Assembly: GCF_004365815.1 (NCBI RefSeq)
Contig: NZ_SODD01000020.1
Span: 1-32,000 of the forward strand
DNA length: 32,000 bases
DNA from: Breznakia blatticola
Lineage (GTDB): Bacteria > Bacillota_I > Bacilli_A > Erysipelotrichales > Erysipelotrichaceae
Direction: 5' to 3'
The translations under genes and the position numbers were made by a program. Shown piece after piece: positions 19,901 through 28,184 of the stretch (position 1 is its first letter; each line of letters begins with the position of its first letter). Below the pieces are notes generated by a model. That model was not told where the DNA came from and made no database searches. It saw nothing but the letters and a program-made list of their open reading frames with translations.

Positions 19901-20880
19901 GTGGTGGAGATATCACCCAAGGGTTACCTCGTGTAGAGGAACTATTTGAAGCGCGTTCACCAAAAGGTGCGGCAGTTCTAGCGAAAATTACTGGAGATAT
20001 TGTTGAAATTAAACAACTTGAAGGTATCGGTGGAATTGAAGTAACGATTGCAAACGAAACTGAATCAATTGTTCACAAAGTTGGTCCTACGCAAACACTT
20101 CGTGCTTGGTTAATTGAGAAACCAGCATCTAAGAAAGAACGTGACCAAATCGAAAAGAACTTGAAACCAGGACATGCAGTTCCTTGGCACTTAACTGCTG
20201 GTGATAAAATCACTGAAGGTCAAGTAGCACCAAAAGAACTTCTTGAAGTAGCTGGAGTACAAGATGTACAACAATACATTCTTAAAGAAGTTAAGAAGGT
20301 ATATGCAAGTCAAGGTATCGATATTTCCGATAAGCATATTGAGATCATGATTCGCCAAATGTTACGTCGTGTGGAAATTATCGAAGGTAATGACACAGGC
20401 TTAATCGCTGGAGAAAAAATCTCATTAACTAAGATTACAAAAATTAACCGTGATGTATTATTGTCAGGAAAACGCCCTGCAGTGTTTAGACCAACACTAC
20501 TTGGTATTTCAAAAGCATCTGTGCAAACAGATTCATTCCTATCAGCTGCATCATTCCAGGAAACAACAAAAGTATTAACGGATGCTGCAATTAACGGTAG
20601 CCGCGACCACTTAGTTGGATTAAAGGAAAATGTAATCATTGGGAAAATGATTCCTGCGGGAACAGGTCTTGATGTAGATCGTGAATCAACTCGCTTAATT
20701 AATGAAAAAGCAGAAGAATTACGTGCAAAACGTATTGCTGCTAACACAAAAGAAAGCGATGAAGAAGATAAGCTATTGAGCTTTGTGCCAAAAGAACTTT
20801 TGGAAAAAGACTCAGAAGCAATCGATGCTGCAGTAGCTGAAGATGAATTAAGTATTCAAGAAGGCGAAACAGAATTATAG
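16960..20880 (+). CDS. rpoC: DNA-directed RNA polymerase subunit beta' (1306 aa)
   Basis: Zn-finger [21 protein letters not shown], catalytic [12 protein letters not shown], and trigger-loop/bridge-helix regions. Acidic C-terminal extension. Confidence 0.98.
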   Translation: MSVNKFSSIQINLASPERILEWSYGEVKKPETINYRSQKPERDGLFCEKIFGPSKDWECYCGKYKKVRYKGVICDRCGVEVTKSSVRRERMGHISLAAPVAHIWYLRGIPSRMGLLLDVTPKQLEEVVYFVSWIVTDPKDTKLEYKKVLSEREYRENVALYGAGAFEAKTGAEAVKVLLEQVDVEKEYKAIQDALEGAQGEKRNKLIKRLDTVNAFRNSDNNPEWMVLTELPVIPPDLRPMLQLDGGRFATSDLNDLYRRVITRNNRLKKLLELGTPAIIVQNEKRMLQEAVDALIDNGRRSKPITGAGGRALKSLSHSLKGKQGRFRQNLLGKRVDFSGRSVIAVGPDLKMYQCGIPREMAIQLFKPYVINEIVNREIASNHKTAEKLIDKGDPRIWDIVEDVIEGHPVLLNRAPTLHRLGIQAYLPKLVEGRAIRLHPLVCPAFNADFDGDQMAVHVPLSEEARAEAYVLMLGSNNILGPKDGKPIVTPSQDMVLGNFYLTMEETKEEFYAESAEYRALGCDQEADKWQAYGDNEGHAYNNINEVMMAYEANQVHLHTRIALHGRSLQKEGFTEEQNNSYLVTTVGKVIFNNILPKDFPYINEVSEENFVATPDKYFFPMGTNMPEVIAGLEPVDAMKKKDLGLVIGQVFKRYSTVETSEILDEIKNNGFKYSTVAGITVSLADIEVAPNKKKYVDYGREKAAELMEYRKKGKLTMQEWERLLNKLWDDVKKNILIEFKAAIARKNPINMMATSGARGNDSNFTQLAGMRGLMARPSQSKSASGYQPSVIEVPIYSSFREGLNVSEFFTSTHGVRKGLTDTALKTAESGYLTRRLVDVAQDVVVREEDCGTDRGYLVEEIRDRKQDTVVESLFDRLVGRYTKDAIFHPETGALIIDAGEFMDEDKAQEIVDAGVKQVMIRSAFTCQTVHGVCKKCYGRNMATGEVVEVGESVGTMAAQSIGEPGTQLTMRTFHTGGVAGGGDITQGLPRVEELFEARSPKGAAVLAKITGDIVEIKQLEGIGGIEVTIANETESIVHKVGPTQTLRAWLIEKPASKKERDQIEKNLKPGHAVPWHLTAGDKITEGQVAPKELLEVAGVQDVQQYILKEVKKVYASQGIDISDKHIEIMIRQMLRRVEIIEGNDTGLIAGEKISLTKITKINRDVLLSGKRPAVFRPTLLGISKASVQTDSFLSAASFQETTKVLTDAAINGSRDHLVGLKENVIIGKMIPAGTGLDVDRESTRLINEKAEELRAKRIAANTKESDEEDKLLSFVPKELLEKDSEAIDAAVAEDELSIQEGETEL

Positions 20881-20887
20881 AATGAAA

Positions 20888-20917
20888 GTGGAGTTCGAAA
20901 GGACTCTGCTTTTTTTG
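20888..20917 (+). terminator. Intrinsic terminator after rpoC
   Basis: GTGGAGTTC (20888-20896), GAAA tetraloop, GGACTCTGC (20901-20909). The 9-bp stem includes three G-U pairs and is followed by a T7 run. Confidence 0.7.
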
Positions 20918-20940
20918 TACATTTTGTGATGAATGTAATA

Positions 20941-20969
20941 TTGTTTAAGAAAAAAAGCAATGATATACT
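20941..20969 (+). promoter_or_regulatory. Candidate promoter of the HAD hydrolase gene (extended -10)
   Basis: TTGTTT (20941-20946), 17 bp, TGaTATACT (20961-20969). Confidence 0.5.
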
Positions 20970-21009
20970 TAAGTTACTGTTACTGTGACTATTTAACCGA
21001 AGTTATGAT

Positions 21010-21678
21010 ATGAAATTGGAATTAGTAATATTTGATGTAGATGGTTTACTACTTGATACGGAACGCACTTGGCAAAAGACTTGGCATGATATAGGGATAA
21101 AACATGGTGTCAAAAATTTGGGAAGCGAAGTATTTTTAAAGTGTATAGGCCATACAGGAAAAGTTGTAGAAGATATCATATTACAAGAAGTAACCGGTAT
21201 CGAAGAGCCACTTGCTTTGTTGCAGGAAGTTCGTGAAGCAGGAAAAATTCGTTTAGAAAATGAATTGGAACTAAAGCCTGGAGCAAAACAGTTGATTGCA
21301 TACCTAAAAGAAAATCAGATTCCACTGGCAATTGGAACATCAACGATATCCGCTTTGAATGAAGAACGGTTAAAAAAGGTCGATGTTTTTCATGAGTTTT
21401 GTTACATGCTTTGTGGGGATGAGGTAACAAAAAGAAAACCAGACCCAGAAGTATATAATCGAATCGTAGAGCAATTTGGTGTTGATAAAGAAAATGTGGT
21501 TATTTTGGAGGACTCTTATTTAGGGGTAGAAGCAGCGTATCGGGCGAATGTTTCATGTATTATGGTACCCGATATATTACCAGCAACAGAAATACAAATA
21601 AAGCAGACAATGCATATAGCAAAATCCTTATATGAGGTAAAAGACTATATTGAGCAATATCTGTTGTCGAAAAAATAA
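21010..21678 (+). CDS. HAD-IA family hydrolase (beta-phosphoglucomutase-like sugar phosphatase)
   Basis: HAD motif I FDVDGLLLDT, motif II GTST, motif III KRKPDP and motif IV EDS are all present. The SD is weak. Confidence 0.85.
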   Translation: MKLELVIFDVDGLLLDTERTWQKTWHDIGIKHGVKNLGSEVFLKCIGHTGKVVEDIILQEVTGIEEPLALLQEVREAGKIRLENELELKPGAKQLIAYLKENQIPLAIGTSTISALNEERLKKVDVFHEFCYMLCGDEVTKRKPDPEVYNRIVEQFGVDKENVVILEDSYLGVEAAYRANVSCIMVPDILPATEIQIKQTMHIAKSLYEVKDYIEQYLLSKK

Positions 21679-21729
21679 ACATGTAAAATAGTGTTAACAC
21701 ATATCAAATTGTGTTTAACATGGAAAAAA

Positions 21730-21797
21730 AGAGATGAAATATCTGTGAACAGTGCAAAAAAATTACACACAGATAACCTTCATCTCTTTTTTGTTTT
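21730..21797 (+). terminator. Compound hairpin terminator flanked by A- and T-tracts (bidirectional in form)
   Basis: AGAGATGAA (21730-21738) pairs with TTCATCTCT (21779-21787). Inner stem TATCTGTG / CACAGATA. An A7 run lies upstream and TTTTTTGTTTT downstream. Confidence 0.65.
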
Positions 21798-21850
21798 ATC
21801 TTTTGGGTACACAGTAACAGCAGAAAACAAGAGAGAAAGGAAACGGTTAA

Positions 21851-24550
21851 ATGGCACAGAATACGAAACAAGTAATTCTACAAGAATTAAAGCAACGTAC
21901 AAAAGAATTTGTGTTTACGAATCTCATAAGTTTTACTGCGAATGAAATTAGTGAACAGATGAATGTTTCAAGGAGTTTAGCTAGTTATTACTTAAATGAT
22001 GCATTCAAAGAAGGATTGATTATTAAAATCAATTCACGTCCAGTGATCTTTTTAGATAAAGAAGCACTTGAAAAAGAATATCGAATAAAACTAGAGCAAT
22101 TAGAATTTTATGATTTAGATGAGTTTAAGGATTATTTACAAACGCATGCAACTATTGAAGATGCATATGAGGATATTGTAGGTGCGAAACGTTCGCTATC
22201 TACAATCATTAAACAAATTAATGAAAGTCTAGTATATCCACCATCAGGATTGCCAATGATTATCTTTGGTGAAAAAGGAACTGGGAAGAAAACGTTAGTC
22301 GAAAAGATTTATCGTAAGAACATGAAAAATGCCCAGTTCAGTAAAAATACAAGGTTTATCCATTGTGAGTTATCAAAGAATAGTGTAGCTCAATCCAGAT
22401 TGAAATTATTTGGAAATGGTGACCAACCAGGTGAAATCGATAAGTATGAAGAAGTTGTACTAGTAATTAGTCGCTTGCAGTTTAGCGATCAACTATTTCA
22501 GGAACAATTGAATCGAATTATCGAAAGTAAAAAGAATACGAAAACACGATCAACTATTGTTCGTTTAATCTTATTGAGTGATAAAAATCCTGAAGACTAC
22601 TTAGAAGACACTTTGATTCGTAATATACCAGTCTTTGTAAGAACCCCTTCATTAGCAGAAAAAAGCATTGAAGAAAAAGAAGAGATGATTATTGCTTTTC
22701 TTAAAGATGAAGCAAAGAAAATTGAGAAACAAATCTTTCTAAGTAATGCATGTTTACGTGCACTTGTAAGTGGAGAGTATGAAGACAACTTTATCGGCTT
22801 ACGTTCTACGATTCAATTAATGTGTGCAAGAGCCTTACAAGATTATAAAGATGGAAGTAACTTAAATGTTCATACCTATCATTTGCCTAAAGATGTATAT
22901 CGAACACTAGAAATCACATCAAATGAAAATGTTGTAATGATCGATGTAGAAAACTACAGCAAAAGTGATGAAATCGAATTTGTCTTTGATTACTTCGAAC
23001 AAATATTAAAACTATTTGATAAGCAGAATTTAATCGAAGAATTATCGAATGATGCAAAACGTGTATTCGATTTATTGATTGAGTACTTGTCTTTCAAACA
23101 TCGGATTCAACCTGAATCCATTCAAGACATTGAAACTTCACTAGCACTTGTATTAGATGCAATTGGGAAACATAAGTATATTAACTTGCCAGTGCGCATT
23201 TCAAACTCACTAGCAAAGCTACTATATATTGATGACATGTATACGATGTCATTAAAAGAATGGGAATCGAAAAATAAAAGTGAAATTGAAAAAGCGATTG
23301 CACGTTTGAAAAATGATTTTGCTAATGAGTATCGACTCATGCGTGAAATTGCCAAAACAATTGAAATGAATTTAGAGATTCCACTTAATCAAATGTTGCA
23401 AATTATGATTGTTATTCACATTCATTACTACAACTTACAAGCAGCACATCGTGACATCTTTGGTTTGATTGTTTGTCATGGGTACTCGACAGCATCTTCT
23501 ATTGCAGATGCAGTGAATACATTACTAAGTAGTTATGTTTTTGATGCAGTGGATATGCCACTAGATACTACAGTAGATGAAATCAAAGAGATTATAGTTG
23601 AGCGATTATCTGACTTACAAAAGCAAAACAAGGTAATTGTTATGGTAGATATGGGTTCTCTTGAAAAGCTAGGAAAAAGTCTAAATGAAATGATCAACTG
23701 TACAGTGGGAGTTATCAACAATGTATCAACACGACTTGCTTTAAATGTTGGAAACGAAATCATGCAAAAACATGAAATAGAAACAATATTAGAAAAAGTA
23801 AGCGATGATTCTAAAGCGAGTTACACAATCATTGAAAGTAAAAAGAAAGACACAATCTTGTTTACTGCAGAAGATGGTGTGCATTTAGCACAACGAATGC
23901 GTGATTTATTTGCAGTAAGTTTACCTTCAGATATTGATGTGGATTTAGAAGTATGTGACTATGCACAATTAATCACAACAGGATCTACTTATGAAAAGTT
24001 TGCTAAAAGTAATGTGCTATTTGTGACAGGAACAAGCAGTCCAAATAAAGAGGTAGATAACTTTCTAGCACTTGAAGAGATTATATCTGGAAAGCATATC
24101 GATTTGATTATGCAAAAGTTAAACAAGCATCTTGATGCGGATGGGTTCAATACATTATTAAGAAACTTACGAAAGAATTTCACTTTACAAAATGTTGTGA
24201 GTTACTTAACGATTTTGAATCCAGAGATATTACTAGCAAATGTTAGTGAAGCAATTGATATTTTACAAATGCAATTACAGCAGGAATTTAATGGAAATAT
24301 TTTGATTGGAATTTATATTCACGTATGTTGTTTGATTGAACGCTTGGTTACAAAATCTGAAATTAAGGAACGTGCACAACTTGATGTATTTGTGCAAGAA
24401 CAAGAAGATTTTATTACACGAGTGAAAGATTCATTCCAAGTAATAAGCAAACGCTATAACGTGGAAATGCCAATTAGCGAAATTGCATATTTATATGACT
24501 TTATTCAAGCAGATAGTTTGAGTAAGCATGATGAGTTATTAGATGAGTAG
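21851..24550 (+). CDS. LevR-type PRD-containing PTS regulator: wHTH, degenerate AAA+ (sigma-54-activator-like), PRD1, EIIA-Man-like, EIIB-like, PRD2
   Basis: 899 aa. N-terminal HTH (NEISEQMNVSRSLASYYLN). Walker A GEKGTGKK. EIIA-Man-like VCHGYSTASSIADAVN with a His codon at 23477-23479. PRD2 LIGIYIHVCCLIERL with a His codon at 24320-24322. The GAFTGA loop and Walker B are not recognisable. Confidence 0.85.
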   Translation: MAQNTKQVILQELKQRTKEFVFTNLISFTANEISEQMNVSRSLASYYLNDAFKEGLIIKINSRPVIFLDKEALEKEYRIKLEQLEFYDLDEFKDYLQTHATIEDAYEDIVGAKRSLSTIIKQINESLVYPPSGLPMIIFGEKGTGKKTLVEKIYRKNMKNAQFSKNTRFIHCELSKNSVAQSRLKLFGNGDQPGEIDKYEEVVLVISRLQFSDQLFQEQLNRIIESKKNTKTRSTIVRLILLSDKNPEDYLEDTLIRNIPVFVRTPSLAEKSIEEKEEMIIAFLKDEAKKIEKQIFLSNACLRALVSGEYEDNFIGLRSTIQLMCARALQDYKDGSNLNVHTYHLPKDVYRTLEITSNENVVMIDVENYSKSDEIEFVFDYFEQILKLFDKQNLIEELSNDAKRVFDLLIEYLSFKHRIQPESIQDIETSLALVLDAIGKHKYINLPVRISNSLAKLLYIDDMYTMSLKEWESKNKSEIEKAIARLKNDFANEYRLMREIAKTIEMNLEIPLNQMLQIMIVIHIHYYNLQAAHRDIFGLIVCHGYSTASSIADAVNTLLSSYVFDAVDMPLDTTVDEIKEIIVERLSDLQKQNKVIVMVDMGSLEKLGKSLNEMINCTVGVINNVSTRLALNVGNEIMQKHEIETILEKVSDDSKASYTIIESKKKDTILFTAEDGVHLAQRMRDLFAVSLPSDIDVDLEVCDYAQLITTGSTYEKFAKSNVLFVTGTSSPNKEVDNFLALEEIISGKHIDLIMQKLNKHLDADGFNTLLRNLRKNFTLQNVVSYLTILNPEILLANVSEAIDILQMQLQQEFNGNILIGIYIHVCCLIERLVTKSEIKERAQLDVFVQEQEDFITRVKDSFQVISKRYNVEMPISEIAYLYDFIQADSLSKHDELLDE

Positions 24551-24560
24551 GGGAGTACAT

Positions 24561-24977
24561 ATGAAAACAAAAGTATTATTAGCAACACATGGTGAAATGG
24601 CAAGAGGGATTCAAAGTGCAATCTCTTTGATTGTCGGCGATGTAGATCTTGATATTATGTGTTGCTACACAGAGGAAAATTTCTCACTTGAAGAGGCATC
24701 AAAAACATATTTAGACAGTATTGATTTTGAAAATGAACGTTTAATTGTTTGTACAGATTTGGTTGGTGGGAGTGTAAACAATGAATTCTTTAAGCATAAA
24801 CAGTTCTATGATTTTATCTTGATTTCAAATGTGAACTTAGGATTATTAATTGATTTATTGCTAAGTGGACAAACACTTGAAAAAGAAGATATTCAAGAGC
24901 GCTGCAAATCTGAATTACTAAACGTACATTATTTTGACAACATTGGTGAAGTAGCATTCTTGGATGCTGATTTATAA
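24561..24977 (+). CDS. PTS mannose/fructose/sorbose family EIIA component
   Basis: 138 aa. N-terminal VLLATHGEMARG carries the phosphorylatable His of EIIA-Man. GGGGAG SD. The ATG lies 10 nt after the regulator stop. Confidence 0.85.
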   Translation: MKTKVLLATHGEMARGIQSAISLIVGDVDLDIMCCYTEENFSLEEASKTYLDSIDFENERLIVCTDLVGGSVNNEFFKHKQFYDFILISNVNLGLLIDLLLSGQTLEKEDIQERCKSELLNVHYFDNIGEVAFLDADL

Positions 24978-24993
24978 GAAAGGAGGTAACTAA

Positions 24994-25473
24994 ATGATTA
25001 AAGAAGTACGTATTGATCACCGACTTGTACATGGTCAGGTTGCATTCACGTGGACGAAGTTTTTGGGGGCGACACGAATTATCGTAATTGATAATAAAGC
25101 AGCACATGACGATCTACAAAAAATGGCAATCAATATGGCAAAACCACAAGGAGTAAAATTGAATATTTTCTCAGTTGAAGAAGCATTAAGTAAAATGCCA
25201 AAAGTTGAGAAGTTAAGCGATGTAATCTTTATGGTTTTTGGTAACACGAAAGACTGTGCAGACTTTGTCGAAGCCTATCCTAAATTGCCTGTTATTAACT
25301 ATGGTGGGATTACGAAAAAAGAAGGTTCAGCACATGTCTTTGAAGTGGTGTATTTAAACCCTTCGGAATTGGAGGATACGAAGCGTATTTTACAACATGG
25401 AACAAAAGTCGTGATGCAACAACTGCCAACGACAAAACGTGAAGTGTTGGATGTCGACAGTATTAAATTTTAG
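24994..25473 (+). CDS. PTS mannose family EIIB component
   Basis: 159 aa. VRIDHRLVHGQVAFTW is the EIIB-Man active-site His motif. AGGAGG SD. Confidence 0.9.
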   Translation: MIKEVRIDHRLVHGQVAFTWTKFLGATRIIVIDNKAAHDDLQKMAINMAKPQGVKLNIFSVEEALSKMPKVEKLSDVIFMVFGNTKDCADFVEAYPKLPVINYGGITKKEGSAHVFEVVYLNPSELEDTKRILQHGTKVVMQQLPTTKREVLDVDSIKF

Positions 25474-25491
25474 AGATTATAAGGAGAGATT

Positions 25492-26268
25492 ATGTTATTA
25501 CAATCAATTATTATTGGGCTAATTGCTGTCTTTATGCAATTGGACTCAAGGGTATTAGGAAGACTTAATTTTGAAAGACCGTTGATTACTTGTACATTGG
25601 TTGGATTGGTAATGGGGGACCTTGAAACCGGACTTCTTATCGGTGCACAACTTGAAATGGTTACATTAGGGATGATGTCAATTGGAGCATCAGGATTCGA
25701 TATGAATAAAGGTGCGATTGTAGGATGTGCGATAGTTATTCGTTCAGGAGTTGATATTGAAACTGCTCTTGCAATTGCAGTACCACTTACAGTATTGGAC
25801 CGTTTTGTTGTTACATTCTTCGATGTTGTACGTTTGAACTTAACACATATGATCGACCGTGCAGTTGAAGCAAGTAACTATAAAAAAGCAAAATTTGTAG
25901 ATATTGTTCTTGGTCCATTAACATACTGCATCAATGCATTTGCAGTGGTATTTATTGCCGTATATTTTGGAGAGGGATTAATTAACCAAATTTTAGAGGT
26001 AGTACCAGAGTTCATTATGACTGGAGTAAGTTTAGGGGCTAACATTATTTCATTCTATGGGTTTGCATTGTTGCTTTCTACAATGATTTCAAAGAAAAAC
26101 TGTGTGTTTTTCCTAATTGGATTTGTTATTTCTGCATACTCTGGTTTAGGTTTAACAGCAATTGCTGTAATCGGAATTGTACTTGCATTACTGTTCTACC
26201 AACTTCGTTATGGTAATGGACAAGCAGTAACTGTTGGTGCGGTTGATGAATTAGATGAGTTGGATTAA
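25492..26268 (+). CDS. PTS mannose family EIIC membrane component
   Basis: 258 aa, polytopic and hydrophobic. Its position and size are typical of Man-family IIC. AAGGAG SD. Confidence 0.85.
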   Translation: MLLQSIIIGLIAVFMQLDSRVLGRLNFERPLITCTLVGLVMGDLETGLLIGAQLEMVTLGMMSIGASGFDMNKGAIVGCAIVIRSGVDIETALAIAVPLTVLDRFVVTFFDVVRLNLTHMIDRAVEASNYKKAKFVDIVLGPLTYCINAFAVVFIAVYFGEGLINQILEVVPEFIMTGVSLGANIISFYGFALLLSTMISKKNCVFFLIGFVISAYSGLGLTAIAVIGIVLALLFYQLRYGNGQAVTVGAVDELDELD

Positions 26269-26283
26269 AAAGGGGGTTAGACT

Positions 26284-27120
26284 ATGAGTAAAAAAGGTTT
26301 AGAGGTTCAGAAGAATACATCTTTACATAAGAAAACTAGAGAATTTTTCTGGGGTGGATGGTGTATGCAAACACTTTGGAACTATGAAAGACAAATGAAT
26401 ACTGCATTTATGTGGGGGATTTCAAATACATTAGATCGTTTATATTGTGAACCTGATGAAGATGACAAGAAAAAAGAAGCGTATCAACGTTCACTTGAAT
26501 TCTTTAACATCACACCACAATTTGGTTCATTTGTAATGGGTATCGTAGCTGCGATGGAGGAAGAGTACTGCGAACACCCAGATACATTTGATCCAAGAAT
26601 TATGAACAACGTAAAAGTTGCATTAATGGGACCATTATCAGGTATTGGTGATGCTTTATTCCAAGGAACTGTTCGTATTATTGCGATGAGTATTGGGATT
26701 TCGTTAGCGCAACAAGGTTCGATTTTAGGACCAATCATTGCCATGCTTATTTCATTTGCAGTAAGTTTTCCAATCACTTGGTTTGGTGGAAAACTAGGAT
26801 ATGTAAAAGGACAAGAATTATTACGTGAAATATCAGAAAGTGATCTGATGGATAAAGTTATGTATGCATGTAGTGTTGCTGGACTTGTTGTTGTCGGAGG
26901 GATGGTTGCTTCATTAGTAAACATTACAACACCAATTTCATATGGAGAGACATTCCAATTGCAACCACTATTAGACAACATTTTACCAAAGATGTTACCA
27001 CTTGCAATGACAGGAATTATGTACTGGATTGTAAAAAAAGGAATCAATCCAATCTTGGTAATTCTGGGTTGTTTTGTCGCTGGTGTTATATTCCAATACT
27101 TTGGAATTTTAGCAATATAA
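26284..27120 (+). CDS. PTS mannose family EIID membrane component
   Basis: 278 aa. N-terminal cytoplasmic WNYERQMNTAFMW is a IID signature, followed by C-terminal TM segments. GGGGG SD. Confidence 0.85.
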   Translation: MSKKGLEVQKNTSLHKKTREFFWGGWCMQTLWNYERQMNTAFMWGISNTLDRLYCEPDEDDKKKEAYQRSLEFFNITPQFGSFVMGIVAAMEEEYCEHPDTFDPRIMNNVKVALMGPLSGIGDALFQGTVRIIAMSIGISLAQQGSILGPIIAMLISFAVSFPITWFGGKLGYVKGQELLREISESDLMDKVMYACSVAGLVVVGGMVASLVNITTPISYGETFQLQPLLDNILPKMLPLAMTGIMYWIVKKGINPILVILGCFVAGVIFQYFGILAI

Positions 27121-27146
27121 ACATTGAATGAGGAGGAGAAAAGAAA

Positions 27147-28109
27147 ATGTTTAATGTAAAACAAATGATTGAAGAAGTATTAAGTAAAAAGGAAATTAAA
27201 AATGTGAGTTTTGTTGGATGTGGGGGATCACTTGCGTGTTTCCAACCAGCACACTATTACATTCAAGAAGAAGCAAAGAATGTTAAGTCTTTCTACATTT
27301 CTTCAAATGAATTCGTGTACGACACACCAAAATCAGTTTCAGAAAATTCAATTGTAGTAATTGCATCTCGTCGTGGGAATACTGCAGAAACAGTAGAAGC
27401 AGGACGTGTAGCTAAGAAAAAAGGTGCAACAGTTGTGGGGTTACAATTAGAAACAGGAACTGTAATGGAAGACGTAGCAGATTACATTATTCAATTCACA
27501 GATGGAGTAGACAATGATTTTGCACAAACAAAAGGTGCATACGCACTAGCAATTGCATATGAAGTTTGTCAACAAGTTGAACAAAGTGGACAATATGATG
27601 CAATGGTTTTAGCAATGTCAAAAATGGATGGAATTCTAAATGCAGCTCGTGAGAACTTAATTCCAGATGCGATTAAATTCTCAATCGACTACAAAGACGA
27701 TAAAACAATTTACACAATGGGTAGTGGTACAGCTTGGAGTGCAGCACACCAACAAAGTATTTGTATCTTTATGGAAATGCAATGGATTAGTTCTTGTGTA
27801 ATTCACACAGGTGAATTCTTCCACGGACCATTTGAAATTACAGATCCAAATACTGCATACCTATTATTTAAATCAACAGGTAAAACACGTGCATTAGATG
27901 ATCGTGCAATTGATTTCATTTCACAATACAACCACCACTTAACAGTAATTGATGGTGCAGAACACGGAATGAATGATTTGGGTGAAGTTAGTGAATACTA
28001 TGATGCATTATTCTACAGTGGAATCATTGGTGTTTACAACAACTTACTTTCTGATATGAGAAATCACCCATTAAGTAAACGTAAATACATGTGGAAATAT
28101 AACTACTAA
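27147..28109 (+). CDS. SIS-domain sugar-phosphate isomerase/deglycase, FrlB/GfrF-like (fructosamine-6-phosphate deglycase candidate)
   Basis: 320 aa with a double-SIS layout (VSFVGCGGSLA...VIASRRGNTAETV, then TMGSGTAWSAAHQ). The size fits FrlB-type proteins rather than AgaS/GlmS. Immediately downstream of Man-family PTS genes. GAGGAGGAG SD. Confidence 0.8.
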   Translation: MFNVKQMIEEVLSKKEIKNVSFVGCGGSLACFQPAHYYIQEEAKNVKSFYISSNEFVYDTPKSVSENSIVVIASRRGNTAETVEAGRVAKKKGATVVGLQLETGTVMEDVADYIIQFTDGVDNDFAQTKGAYALAIAYEVCQQVEQSGQYDAMVLAMSKMDGILNAARENLIPDAIKFSIDYKDDKTIYTMGSGTAWSAAHQQSICIFMEMQWISSCVIHTGEFFHGPFEITDPNTAYLLFKSTGKTRALDDRAIDFISQYNHHLTVIDGAEHGMNDLGEVSEYYDALFYSGIIGVYNNLLSDMRNHPLSKRKYMWKYNY

Positions 28110-28136
28110 AATCATTAGCTAAGTTAAGAACATATG

Positions 28137-28163
28137 AGGGAAGTTCACAAGGCTTCCCTTTTA
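28137..28163 (+). terminator. Weak intrinsic terminator after the SIS gene
   Basis: AGGGAAG (28137-28143) pairs with CTTCCCT (28153-28159) around a 9-nt loop. Only TTTT follows. Confidence 0.45.
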
Positions 28164-28184
28164 TAAATGAATATGGAGGGGAAG

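Noticed and set aside
20973-20989. Short tandem repeat GTTACTG-TTACTGTG upstream of the HAD gene
   Set aside because: There are only two imperfect 7-8-nt units, and I found no matching copy elsewhere in the window, including the other cassette border. This is insufficient for an att site or a repeat call.
21838-21851. cre-like sequence AGGAAACGGTTAAA upstream of the regulator gene
   Set aside because: It has three mismatches to the TGWNANCGNTNWCA consensus, including both outer half-site positions. It also overlaps the SD. The match is too weak to call CcpA control.
21852-21857. Perfect TGGCAC (sigma-54 -24 box) sequence
   Set aside because: It overlaps the regulator start codon (aTGGCAC). 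The required TTGC/GC element is absent at the -12 spacing, where the sequence reads AGAAT-ACGAA. The nearby TGGGTAC-N-TAACA at ~21804-21818 also lacks the invariant GC.
21691-21945. 84-aa plus-strand ORF spanning the HAD-regulator intergenic region
   Set aside because: It reads through the palindrome and the terminator hairpin and overlaps the regulator start out of frame. It has no SD and is probably not coding.
26484-27164. 226-aa minus-strand ORF
   Set aside because: It is antisense to the PTS EIID gene, which has clear family motifs and a strong SD. The same reasoning applies to the minus-strand ORFs inside rpoB and rpoC (for example 16042-16398 and 20310-20747).
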